Assembly: GCA_001179505.1 (NCBI GenBank)
Contig: CDMY01000407.1
Coordinates: 21,386 to 85,385, forward strand
Source of the DNA: Vitrella brassicaformis CCMP3155
Lineage: Eukaryota > Protista > Chromerida
DNA length: 64,000 nucleotides
Reading direction: 5' to 3'
This document shows positions 37,214 to 48,780 of this stretch, piece after piece. The translations under genes were made by a program, and so were the position numbers. The notes under the pieces are model-generated. The model saw only the letters and a program-made list of their open reading frames with translations. It had not been told where the DNA came from and did no database searches. The first letter of the stretch is position 1; every line of letters begins with the position of its first letter.

Positions 37214-40200
37214 TGATGGTGACCTACCTGGGTCTATGTCAGATGGGTCAGGTCCTGAGACGACGCCGTCCGCGTCATCCTCCTCCTCCTCATAGTCGTA
37301 GGCTTCCACATTCAGCCCCAGCCGACGCATCAACGACTCCGAAGGGAACTGCACACCACACGGGCATCCATCGATTGCACATTGCGCCAATGGACGGACG
37401 TGCATATGATCCTTCCCTCACTCACCCCTTCCAGTAGGTCGCGGAAGTTGGCCATGTCGTTCGCTGGCATAAAGATCTCTTCCTGCTGCATCATGCGACG
37501 ACGGGCCAGACGGTTGGCATGCTCCACAACTGACCGATGCCGACACACCCAACACACCACACCCCACACCCCACACACACATTGACACGCGGAGCGAACG
37601 AGAGAGGGCAGTCGTCCTGTGTGTGTGTTGTGAGTGAATATTGTGCGTGCGTCAGCTGACTGACTGACCTGGGTCGATCTGCTCCTCTGGCGGGACCTCT
37701 CTGCCGTTCCGTTCGTGCCGGTATACGCACCGCCGGCCGTATCGACAGGTGCCGGTGCGCTTGAAGTCGGGGCAGAGGATCTTCTTCTTGGACGCCAGGT
37801 GCTTCTCAACCAAACGCCGCTTACGATCCTCACCCCTGACAACATATAATGTGAGTGACAACACGCCGGGTGCTGTGCTGTGTTGTCCGCTGGATTGTGT
37901 GAAAGCTTACACGATGCATCGCGTCACCGGTACGATGAAGCCGTTGTGCGTCCTGCAGACGGGGCAGGAGAACGCCAGTGGGGCCTCGCCCTCCTCATCG
38001 ACGTGAGCGGAGTCGACGTCACTCTTACGACGCCACTGACACGACAACCGACACACCACACCACACCGACACATGAGCAGAAGAATGAGTGAAAGTGGGT
38101 GGAGGGGGTTGTGCTGCGTACGGTGAAGATGCAGTCCATGCAGAAGAAGTGTCCACAAATGGGCAGGAGGGCCAGCCGCGGCTCAAAGGTCGCCAGCTTC
38201 TCCATGCAAATCACACAAGTCATCTCGCCACTCAACGCTTTGTCCGCCTCCAGCATCTGCAGCCCACAGAATGAAGACAATCCTGTCTGTCGATATGCCG
38301 CTTCCTCGTTCTCTCCCTCTAACTAAAGCCACCCACCTGGTATTCCCGGCATTGTTGCAGGTGCTTCATGACCGCCTCGTTCACTGCGCCATCCGGCGGT
38401 GATCCATCGTCCGAGTCCACCGACATCACCTCATCGCCACACAACGGACACTTGCCCTCGGCCGTCACGTGGCTGTCGGGACACTCAACACCTGCACCAC
38501 ACACACAACCACAACCAGCCACCGGTCGCGAGCAAGCAACCAAGCAAGCATTTCTACGTACCTTTGGAGCAAGTGCCGGCCTGGAAGAAGCGGCACACAC
38601 GCTCATCGTCCGGCCCCCCTGGCGGCGATGCAGCAGACGAAGGGCTAGGGTCAGCAGACGAAGTCGATGGCTCGTCGTGGCGGCCCGATAGCCGCTGGCG
38701 GCCCTCCAGCGGGTCGAACAGCATGAGGGGGTGGATGTCGGACGACACGGTAGGCGCCGGGACACTCGGTGGCTGGGGCTGGGGTGGGTCACGGCGGTCG
38801 ACGAAGGCCATGGCCAGTTCCTGCAGCCCGCTCCTGAACCCTTCGTGAAGCCCTCTGAGTGCTGCTGCTGCCGGAACCGGGTTCCGGCGACGCTCGTGGT
38901 GGGCCGGTGTGTGTTGGCGGCGGTAGGGTGGTGAGCCATCACTATCATAGTCACCATCCCAATCCCCGCCCCTTCCCGGACGACCGCCCCGGGCCCTCCC
39001 GCGATTTCGCCCGAAGACCTCCATCCCCCCCGCCACAAGGTCCATTCGCCTTTGCGGCGGGTCGGGCCTCGCCCTTCCCCGGGGTGGTGTGGGTGGCCGA
39101 GGCGCACCCCACCCACTGGGCTCCGGTGACCAGTCCTCCTCCTGCCTCGAGATGTCTGGATAGGGACTGTCTGCACGCGGACGGCGCGCTCCCGTCGATG
39201 GACGCGAATGCCGCCCTCTTACATCCCCCCCCACGTCGGCATCCCGAACAGACGTGGGACCGGTCCTCGGCACAGAGGGGGCCCGCCAGTCGTCTCGGTC
39301 GGCCGATGCACGCGACTGCTGGTGCCGCCTAAGGTTCCTCTGGTAGCTTGGCTGCGGGCGCCTGGAGGAGCTCGAGCCCGAGTCGTCCCAGTCATGGCGG
39401 CCCCTCACCGTGCGATGCGGGTCGTCAAAATAAGGCCCTCTGGGACCCATGTACGGGTCGTCATTGCGGGGGCGAGGATGGGGTGTCATCGCACGGTAGT
39501 ACTGGCGCTGAGGGAGCGGGGGCTCGTGTGCGGCGGTGCCCCTGTCGCGTCGATCATAGAAACGAGGGTCACCGTCTGGCCTTCGCACGGCGGACCTGCC
39601 CAGACCGTCGCCCTCTCCCCTCCCACCGTCTCCCCCCACCGACTGGCCCGGGTGATCTCGTCGCCAGTGCCTCTCCTCGCCATCTGTGCGACGATCGCTG
39701 CCCGCAGATTGCACCGACTGATGGACTGGGGGAGCGGGTGGGGGAGGTGGGGGTGGGGGCGGGGCTGAGGGTGTTGGTGTTGGCCTCTCCTGCATCGGTG
39801 CGACGCTGCGCTCCCCAGGCCGGGGCAAGATGACAGGCGGAGGGAAGGCCGAATCGGGGAAGGTCGAATCGCCCACAGGCCGAAGCCTGACAGGGCTCTC
39901 GTTGACAGGCCGAAGCCTGACAGGGCTCTCGTTGATGCCGCTGCCGCTGGCCCCGACACCTCCAGGCGCTGCTGTGGCCGGACGCTCCTGCTGAGGCACT
40001 CCACTGCCTTGTGTGTGATGGGCGAGGGGAGGGGGAGGGGGGCCGTGACGGACAGGAGGGCGACGCGCGTGCGAGTGGCCGTGATGAGGTACAGGCCAGT
40101 ACTCACGCCGGTCGTTGTGGCGACGGCCACCGCCCCTGCCGCCCCGCCCACCGCCTCTGCCGTGTCGTGAACCACCGTGGCGACGGTTTTGCCGCTGGTG

Positions 40201-40559
40201 CTGGTCCTGGTCCTGATGGTGTGGAGGTGGCTCCAAAGGTCGGCCATGCGGCTCCCCTGGTCCATTCACGGGAGCGTCCTGGTTGTTGGTGGGCGAGGGC
40301 TGTGCCGGACGGCTCGATGAGTCTCGAACATCCCAGACATCCGACCCCCGCGGGCCGGGATGTCTGAACGGGCACTCATGTCCACGCCTGACAGAAAGAC
40401 CAACACAACAGACAGCGACACCACCGCCAGCATTCTCTCTCATGCCGCTGGCTCACGTTCCTCTCTCTGTTCCTGTCTGTCTGTGTCGACTTGCCTGCAG
40501 CCGAGGCCAGTGGCTGGTTTGAAGTAATAACACACCCTGTCTTCCTTCCAACGAGACAT
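36358..40559 (-). CDS. Makorin-like CCCH zinc finger / RING E3 ligase with large disordered insertions
   Basis: CCCH at the start (CYYFKPATGLGCRRGHECPFRH), second CRFFQAGTC, RING CVICMEK...CGHFFCMDC...CPVCR, post-RING CPDFKRTGTCRYGRRCVYRH. ATG at 40559. Confidence 0.85.
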
Positions 40560-40991
40560 GGGGGTACGATGGGAGGCGTCTCGGCGCACTTATGCCATCT
40601 GCTGCCCCGCTGCACCACAGAAACGATGAGAGGGTCGCCCTGCACGCCGTACTCCTGCTCCTGCTGCTTGCGGGCGACCTGAACCGACGCACGCACAAAC
40701 GGACGGAATGGCCTCTTTTCAGTTGTCGAGTGGTCGTGCTGCCCTCCCTGGCACCCCTACCTGCTGCTCACGTATCTCCTCCTATCTTCTGCTGCGCGCA
40801 ACAGCGGCTGAAGGACCGAGCGATTGTTGCCGGTCTGCTAACCAACCACAGCACCCACCGTGGGTGGTGAATTCACTCCAACAACAGCCCAGAGGAAAAA
40901 GGCGCAGTCAGCTCTTCTCCCCAAGCTCGCAATGGGAATCGCGACTCTGTCTTCCCTAAACCCCCCAAAGCGTAGGTGCCTCCTAACGCAG

Positions 40992-41024
40992 CTCCCACGC
41001 CTGTCAAGCAGCTTGGAACGTCAG
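40992..41024 (+). promoter_or_regulatory. 33-nt 5' leader module identical to 46936-46968 (minus strand)
   Basis: CTCCCACGCCTGTCAAGCAGCTTGGAACGTCAG ends 9 nt before the Alba ATG; the other copy ends 33 nt before the quinone reductase ATG. Confidence 0.55.
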
Positions 41025-41033
41025 TCGCGCAAC

Positions 41034-41972
41034 ATGACGCAAAACGCCGAGGCTGATTTCGCCGATGGAAACGCCCGGATGCAGGTACGTGACGCACACA
41101 GCAGAGGAGGCACACAGGGCACGCCAGCGGTGCGATGGAAGCCACAGGAAGGCAGAGAGCTGCAGGGGAGGGAGGCAGAGTGGGGGGAAGGGGTGCGATC
41201 GACTGGCTGCATGTGGGAGAGAGATGGCTGCTGCGGCAGATCTAGCGCAGCGAGGAGGCTGTGTGTGTGCACATGGGGCGTGTCTGAGCAGCCGGATACG
41301 ACAGGACAGATTGTGTGTGGCGCGGCGCAGACTTGTTCGCAGAGACACGTGTTCCCTTTCTGCCTGTCTGTCTGTCTGGACAGATATCGGGTTCCAAGAG
41401 TCGCAATTTCTACCTGCGTGTGGCCCGTCGCTTCTTCGGCGGCTCCAAGGAGCGGCCTGCGGTGGACGAGCTGCTCGTGACGGCGCTGGGAACCGCCATG
41501 AACAGCGCAGTCGCCATCTCAGACTCGCTCGTCAAAAACCAGGTGAGCAACAAAGACGCACAGGCCAACCAGCAGACCAGCAGGGAGGCAGGCGTGCCGC
41601 GGCTGACGTGTGTGGTTTGTCTGCTGTGCGTATTGGGTACGGTGCGTATATATGTCAGGTTGCGACGGTGGTCAACATCGAGACCTCCTACTACAAGAGC
41701 GAAGACGAGAGCCGCGGTAAGTAAGAGAGCAACCAACCAACCACAAAGCACAGCACACAACAGCTGGCCAGTGGTGGCTGACGTGCCTGACGTGTGTCGT
41801 TCGTGTGTGTGTGTTGTTTGTAGGCACTTCTCGTTCCATTCCGAAGCTGAGCATCAAGATGAAGAAGAACCCCGACTGGAAGTACGAGCCGGAGGACGAG
41901 AAGGAGGGCGAGCACGACGACACACACGAGGAACACGACGAAGCCGAAGAGGCACACGAGGAGGAGGAATAA
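41034..41972 (+). CDS. Alba nucleic-acid-binding protein (apicomplexan Alba3-like), 4 exons
   Basis: MQISGSKSRNFYLRVARRFF...VDELLVTALGTAMNSAV...VVNIETSYY...RSIPKLSIKMKKNPD, then an acidic/His tail; TAA at 41970-41972. Confidence 0.9.
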
Positions 41973-43637
41973 ATGAATGCATCGACCCATCGACCACACA
42001 ACACACATCACACGACCGACCGACCGACCGACACACATCGGCAGGGCGGACGGGCGGGCGGGCGGGAGAATGGGGGCGGGCAACGGGAGGGAGTGGTGTA
42101 GTCCTATCAATATATAACTAAATGGCCGGCCGACCGAGTGGCCGGCAGCCGCAACACGCAGCACAGCTGACCTGTGCTGCGTGTGTAAGTGGGTGCCTGG
42201 CTGGCTGGCTGGCTGGTTGGTTGGGTCGTGGGTATGATATGTACTTGTGTTGTATGTACTTGCCTGACTGCCTTGCCTAGGTACCATTATAACCCTGACT
42301 GACTCACTGACTGACTGCCTGTCTGATTGTGTGTGTGTGTGTGAATCTCTGTAAACCCTTTCATTCATGATGTAGCACTCACGGAGAGGGAGGGAGGGAG
42401 GGCAAAAAGACAGACAGACAGATCCCTCACACCATGTTTGGCTGGGCCGGCCACGCCACGTCATGCAGTCACGCACACACGCGCGCGAGGGACAGCACGA
42501 TTGGGCAGTCGACAGAGCAGATGCGGAGGTGTGTTTTCACTTTCTGTGCCTGCTTTGTCCACCAACCGGTCGATGTGTCCTTCGCTCGTTCTTTTTGCCC
42601 ATTTGCTGGATCATTTCCTTCGTCACCGACTAAGGAAGACAGACACGTACGCAGGCAGCCGGTCCGGCCATTGTGGGGTGGGCTGAATGGGGTAGGGCGC
42701 GGTGTTGGTGTTTGTTTGTAATGTGTATCCTCTCCTGGCTGATGCATGGTGTACAGCAACACTTACTTCTCCCCGGCTGACAGACAGACAGACACATCGA
42801 CCATCACAGCACTCGCTCTCGGGCCACGTTCGTTTGATTTGTCGCGCGTGTGCATCTGTGTGTGTTGTGTGTGTGTGGTGGCCGGCGGTTTGGTGGATGT
42901 TGCTCGCAACAGACAAGTACCATGATGCGTGTGTGTGTGTATGTAAGTTGTCATTTATTAGTCGTTCTATAAAGGGCTGCTAATGGATATAAGGGGAGGG
43001 AGGGAGGGAGGGAGGGAGGGAGGGAGCCGGATGGGGGGGTGGGTGGGTGGGGAGGGCACGGAGGCACACTCTTATGTACTCATGGCACCTAAGACCATCG
43101 GACCATCGCATTCGCACTCGCCCTGACCACACCACACCACTCACTGGGGTGGCATTTAATTCACGCGGGGACCTCTCGTCTGCCTGCCTGCCTGCCTGCC
43201 TGCCTGCCCCTCTCTCTCTCTCTCTCTGTCGCGCTTCCACTCCTGTCTGTCTGCCGCCACGCTCTGTCGTCCTCCCTGTCTACTCACACACCACTCGCCA
43301 GACAGCCAGACAGATGGATGGGTGTACGTGTTTGCTATGGCCGCTGTATTTCCTTAGTTCATGCTTGGTGCGGTGTGCGTCGTGTGTGGCGTGTGTGGTG
43401 CCGGGCAAGCTGGACAGCCCCGGTGTAATCAAATCATGTGGAATGGATGGATGGATGGATTGCTGCTTAGACAGATGGACAGACAGTTATAGATGGATGG
43501 ATGGAGTGAGGCTTGACGACTCTATCACACGCGTGCGTGTCTGCATGACTGCTTAAACAAAGGTGCGTTTGTTGACTTGACAACACCGACGGCCTCCCCG
43601 TCCCGAACTGCCAATTTACAAAAGACGAGAGGACCAA

Positions 43638-44815
43638 ATGCTTTCGCAGCCAGCCGCTGCTGCTGCTGCTGCGGCCGCAGCGTCGCCATCGCCATCTGTG
43701 GGTAGTGCCGAGGAGCCCCTGCAGCAGCGTGACGCCCCTCTGGGCGTGAGCAACGAGGCGAAGGCCATCCACGATTCGGTTGACAAGTTGATGAAGCACA
43801 TGGGCCAGAAGGTAGATCTGGCGGCGCAGCGGCGGATGCTGGGGAGGCTGGACATGCAGGAGAGCAAGACGGTCCTCACAGCCTTCAGCAGCATCAAGAA
43901 ACACTTCATCAACAGAGGAAAGGTGGATCAGATGGATGGGTGGATGGATGGATGTGCTGTGTTCTGTCGTGTGTGGTATGTGTGTCAGAATAGCGTGGAT
44001 GCGCTGTTGGTTGAGAGCAAGTTGGACGAGAAGCTGACCACCGCCCACATGGCGCTCAAGAGCTACCAGGAGCAAGAGCACCTGAACGACCACGAGGGCG
44101 TGCCCATGTAAGCTTATGGCCAGGCAAGCACGAGGGAGGCCTCTGTGTGTACCCATCTTCAATGGACGGATGGATGGATGGATGGATGGTCCACCATGCA
44201 GTTCGATGCAGGTTGACGAGGAGTGTGTGTTGCGGTCGGCTGACTCGAGCGACCCTCGTGAGTTGCTCAAGCTGGTGGAGCTGCAGGCCTACGTCACGCA
44301 GCTCAACACACTCAAGCAACAAAACAAACAGGTGGGTGGGCTTAGGTGGCACAACGTACGTGTCAGCTCTCTGGGCAATGCACAGGCGCACACGAGTCTA
44401 TATGGTGTGTGTGTGTTGTGGTGTATGTGTGTCAGTTGTCGGATCAGGTAGCCGAGGCCACGGCGGCCCTCGACGTCTGCACCAAAGAGGCACAGTGAGC
44501 TAGGGATCACAGGACCGAATGACACACACACATCCATCCATCCATCCGCTGCAAGAGTATCCATCCCTTGGCACCGCACCTGTGTGTGTGTCCAGAGACG
44601 TAGCCAACATGTACGCGCAGGCGGAACAGAAGATCCTGCAGGTAGGCCAACACAACACATCAAAGCAATCAATACGCATGCGCCAAACATGCCTCTGCCC
44701 ATTCTCTCTCTCCATGTGTGTGTTGTGGTCGCAGGAGTTGTCATCGAGTTGTATGAGCGACGTGCTGGCCACTCCGGCCGCGGCCGCACAAGACATTAGC
44801 GACCGCCAGCAGTGA
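43638..44815 (+). CDS. Coiled-coil hypothetical protein, possibly Nnf1/PMF1-like; 6 exons
   Basis: Spliced product ...IKKHFINRGK|NSVDALLVESKLDEKLTTAHMAL...|LQAYVTQLNTLKQQNKQ|VAEATAALD... The gene structure is solid; the homology is tentative. Confidence 0.65.
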
Positions 44816-45570
44816 CGCGGATGTGATCGTGTAGCTAGTGGACAGAGAGGGGGAAGAGGGGCTTGTCTGTCTGGCGTGTGGACGGTGGGGTGGTTTGACT
44901 CTGAATGGTCCGAGGAGGGGTGTGTGGGTGTGGGTGTGTACGTGAATGTGCGTGTGGGCGTAGAGGAATGAACGAAGGACACACAGTGCAAAGAGAGAGT
45001 GAAGGCGCACATGACACCGATTTTGTCTGAACCGAACCAGCCAAGAGTCCCGTAACAATAGTCCACCACGCATCCCCCACCCACATGCATATGCAGCCAC
45101 CCCTCCCTCACCTCACTCACCCGCCCTGCAGAAGAGACCACTGAAAAAGACCACGTCCGTCAACCAGCCACTTGGATATCAATCATATCGCCCCTCCATG
45201 CTTTCCCTTTCCCTCACTCCCTCCCTCCCTCCCTCCCTCGCCGTGCCAGAGCAGAAAAGTCTCTTTGAGACCGCCATCTCCTTTCCCTCTCCCACTCCTT
45301 CCCGCCCTCCGCTCTGCCTGCCTGTCTGTCTGTCTGTACAAAAGTCAAATCTTCCAAATTACAACATTCATTGTATTAGCATTACATCAGCTCAGACAAA
45401 ACCCACCCGGATACACACACACACACGAACACACACACGACACGGACAGGCAGATAGACACGCAAAACCCTTGTTTGTTGCGTGGCGTGGATGCCTGGAT
45501 GGATGGCTGGATGCATCTACTGTTACCCCTGTACACCCGGCTGCCCGCCCTCGGTGGCTACCTTCTTTCC

Positions 45571-46902
45571 CTACCCACCAGAAAGTGCGCCATCTCCCTT
45601 CACGGACGCCTCTCGCTCGGCAATCCGCTTCATCCGTCTGACGTAGCGCTCGATCCTCTTGTCGTATCTTGCCAGCCGGGCGTCAACCCGTCGCTGCGCG
45701 GCGACAGCTGATGGCCTCCGTGTGGGCGAGAGGGATGGTGAAGTGGGCACGTTGACGGTGGATGCGGCGGGCGACTGGTCTTGTGTGGGTGTGCAGGTGG
45801 GGGAGCGGGTGGACATGGAGGAGAGGGAGTCCTTGGGGGCCATCTCCATCTTGATGCCCTCCACCTTGGCCATCTTGCTCTTGAGGAAGTCGCCGGTGTC
45901 CGCCATGTCAAGGGTCTCGATGCCCAGGACCTTCGCCCCACAGAACCGAAAAGCCGACGCCACGACAGTTTCATTGTGCCCATACACCTGCACACCAGAC
46001 GCCGCCATGTCAACCAGCGGTGGATGGTGTGTTCCTGGCCTGCTCTCACTCACCCTCATGCCAGCTTTTGGTCCGCCCGTGGTGCGGCAGATGACGACTT
46101 TCTTGTCCCTGAGCAGGCCCTGCGAGCCGTACGCCCTGAGGAAGCCGCGTAGGCCGGGGATGAACTGGCAGATGTTGAGGGTGAAGACGAGGATGGGGTG
46201 CAGGGGGAGGTTCTTGTAGGCAAACCCCGCCGTCATGACCTGGTCCAGGAACGCCTTGAGCGTCGCTGGCACGTCGTACCAAAACACGGGATGCACCAAG
46301 ATCTGACACACACAAGACGGACGGGTCAAGAGGGTAGGCTGGTTGGGCAACCAAGGTTCCAGTGTTCTAGTGTGTGGTTGCCCACCCACGCACCACGAAT
46401 CTGGCCTTGTGGAGCTCCTCCTGCAGCCACTTGATCTCGCCCGAAGGCTCCCCCTTGCCGTATTTCGAGTAGCGGTACATCCACTCGTCCCTGAGGCCCG
46501 TCAGGCCCATCCTGCTGAGGTCCACCCGGGTGAATGGTATGCCCTGCGCCGCCAGCAGCTCCTCCCACTTGGCTGCCGTGCGGCTCGACAGCGATGTGAC
46601 ATTGGGCGCCGGGTGCGCCACCACAATCAGGGCGTTGTCTGGCGTACCAGACTCACGATAAAGCGGGTACCTGCTCAAGCAAGACACCCACGTCAATCAA
46701 TGGGAGAGATGCAATGCCATCGATTCGATGGCGGATGTGGCCCAGTGTGTGCAGACAGACAGGTTGCCAACCTCCGTTTTGCGTTGAGGTTCTGCAGCCA
46801 TTGTTTGTGCCATGTCGGGAAGAGCGTCGCCAGAAGGTCACTGAGGAGCAGGGTCAGGACGAGCCAAAGGGACTCGAAGAGTAGTTCCAGAGACCAAAAC
46901 AT
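45571..46902 (-). CDS. Flavodoxin-fold NAD(P)H:quinone oxidoreductase (Flavodoxin_2/NQO/MdaB family) with hydrophobic N-terminus
   Basis: ALIVVAHPAP, LVHPVFWYDVPATLKAFLDQVMTAGFAY, GLLRDKKVVICRTTGG, AFRFCG. ATG at 46902. Confidence 0.88.
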
Positions 46903-47399
46903 GATCGGCCGTGATGTCGGTGCGGGAGGCAGCGGCTGACGTTCCAAGCTGCTTGACAGGCGTGGGAGGTTGGTTGGTTGGTTAGTGTGTTTAACGAGAC
47001 TCGTGTCTGTAACCCCGGAGGGATCCTCTTGTCTCACGCACTAAACTAGCAGCATGTACATGCAAAGCATGCACACGGCCTGTCTACCCCTCCCTGCACT
47101 GGCACCGGCGGACAAACAGATGGCAGCAGAGAGCACTGGCTGCCTTGTAGAACGTTGACAAACACCGATTCCGGCTACATGCACAAGAACGGGCGCTGTC
47201 GCCCAGCAAGAGCCATGGCAAGTGTACAGAAGCCAGAAGGGGGAAGTGGAAAAATGAGCGCTCTCTGAGCCACCAAAGCAACGATCAGCCAATCACATGA
47301 ATACACCACCATATACACACGGGACCCATACGGAAGGAAGACAGCAAGATAGCAGAGGGAGAGAGAAGGAAATAGCTAGGCAGGCCATGAGGCCCTGCA

Positions 47400-47760
47400 A
47401 CATATGATAGACGATACCTAAGGTGCACTCCATCCCTTCACACAGCACTGAGTATGATGCCACAGTGGCGCCTGTCTACTTGTACGGTAGTGAGCTGTGG
47501 GCGGGCACTAACTGTGATGCAGTACGGTGTGATCTAAGTCGATAGGCACTTGGCAGACACATGCACAGGAAGTCCTGGCTAGGCTGGCAGAGGAAGACAG
47601 AAGGCAGCTAAAGGGGAGAGCCCCGCCGCGGTAATGAGCAAACAGACAGACATGCGGCACTGGCTGAAATGGCATGAGTATGGTCGCAACAGAGAGGCAC
47701 GCCGAAGTCTAACCACACGTGCAACCATGCACACGCAAAAGAAAAGACATCATGGCGGGC
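47400..47760 (+). mobile_element. Degenerate non-LTR retrotransposon (RTE-like) RT C-terminal relic
   Basis: YDATVAPVYLYGSELW from 47453 (RTE/L2 YxxxVxPxLLYGxExW motif) and later RHWLKWHEYGR. Stops present. Confidence 0.45.
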
Positions 47761-48030
47761 AACGACACGTGATAGGCTACCGCATAGAAGAGACCACACC
47801 AATGACAAGACATCACCAGCCGCTTCACCCCTACCACCAAGCACTTAAACGAAGAGAACATGAAAGGCAGGGGGAAGGCAGGGGAAGCAAGCTAGACAGA
47901 CAGAGGCAAGAAGGGTCCCACAGACGGACAGAGGCAGCACCATGAATGACAGGAGTCTGGTCTCAATGCATAGAGGCACGCCGAAGTATAACCACACGCG
48001 TAATCATATGCACGCAAAAGAAAAGACATG
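47692..48030 (+). repeat. ~60-bp imperfect direct repeat pair
   Basis: AGAGGCACGCCGAAGT.TAACCACACG.G.AA.CAT..CACGCAAAAGAAAAGACAT at ~47692 and ~47970. Confidence 0.85.
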
Positions 48031-48054
48031 GCGGCGTGCGACCTCACGTGATAG

Positions 48055-48361
48055 TGTGGCGACGCTCGTGGCCTGTATGATCACAGACCACTGGGCCGCT
48101 CACAGAATGCCTGACAGCAGCAGAGACACATCTAGAGAGACGTATCAGATTGGTCTGTATGCGTGCCCTCACTGTGTGTCGAGACGTTGATGTGTATGTA
48201 TGTGTCGGACACATGCATGCTGATTGATGAACGGTTCGTCGTTTGTGATGGACAAGTTGATGGTTGCGCATGAAGCAGTCATCGATTGATCGATCCGTTC
48301 ATTGCAAGTTCGCATTGCATACACACACGCGTCTACGTTTGTGTGTGTGTCTGTTGGTTAC
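48055..48361 (+). mobile_element. LTR copy (solo or displaced 5' LTR), ~94% identical to 63628-63935
   Basis: Begins TGTGGCGACGCTCGTGG. About 19 mismatches in ~298 aligned nt by hand count. No canonical PBS or matching TSD directly adjacent. Confidence 0.92.
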
Positions 48362-48780
48362 TCATCCGCTACTCAGTGACAAGAAGCTATGCATGGAGCG
48401 CTACAAGTTGCTCTATTGCTGGTGCTTAGCTGGCTGGCTGGAAGAAAAATCGCCAGCATCGATCGATGTGGTTAGTGGTAAGCTCTCTTTGTGACCCACC
48501 CACCCACACGAACACGAAAATCAACATGTAACTGCGATGACGGCATTCAAACGCCGATTCAAAGCACAGACAGCTGAGGCTGGTCGCCTCGCATGCGTAC
48601 GTATATGTATGTATGTACGTATATGTATGCAGACGTATGCAAGTGTGCAAATAGGTATGCAAGCATGTATGTGGCGACATGCATTCATGCATCCCTCTTC
48701 CCGCGTGTGTACGCATACCATGACCAGGACCTTGCCTGGGGGATGGTGTGTTGATGAGCTCAGTGAGTCGATGAAGAGAA

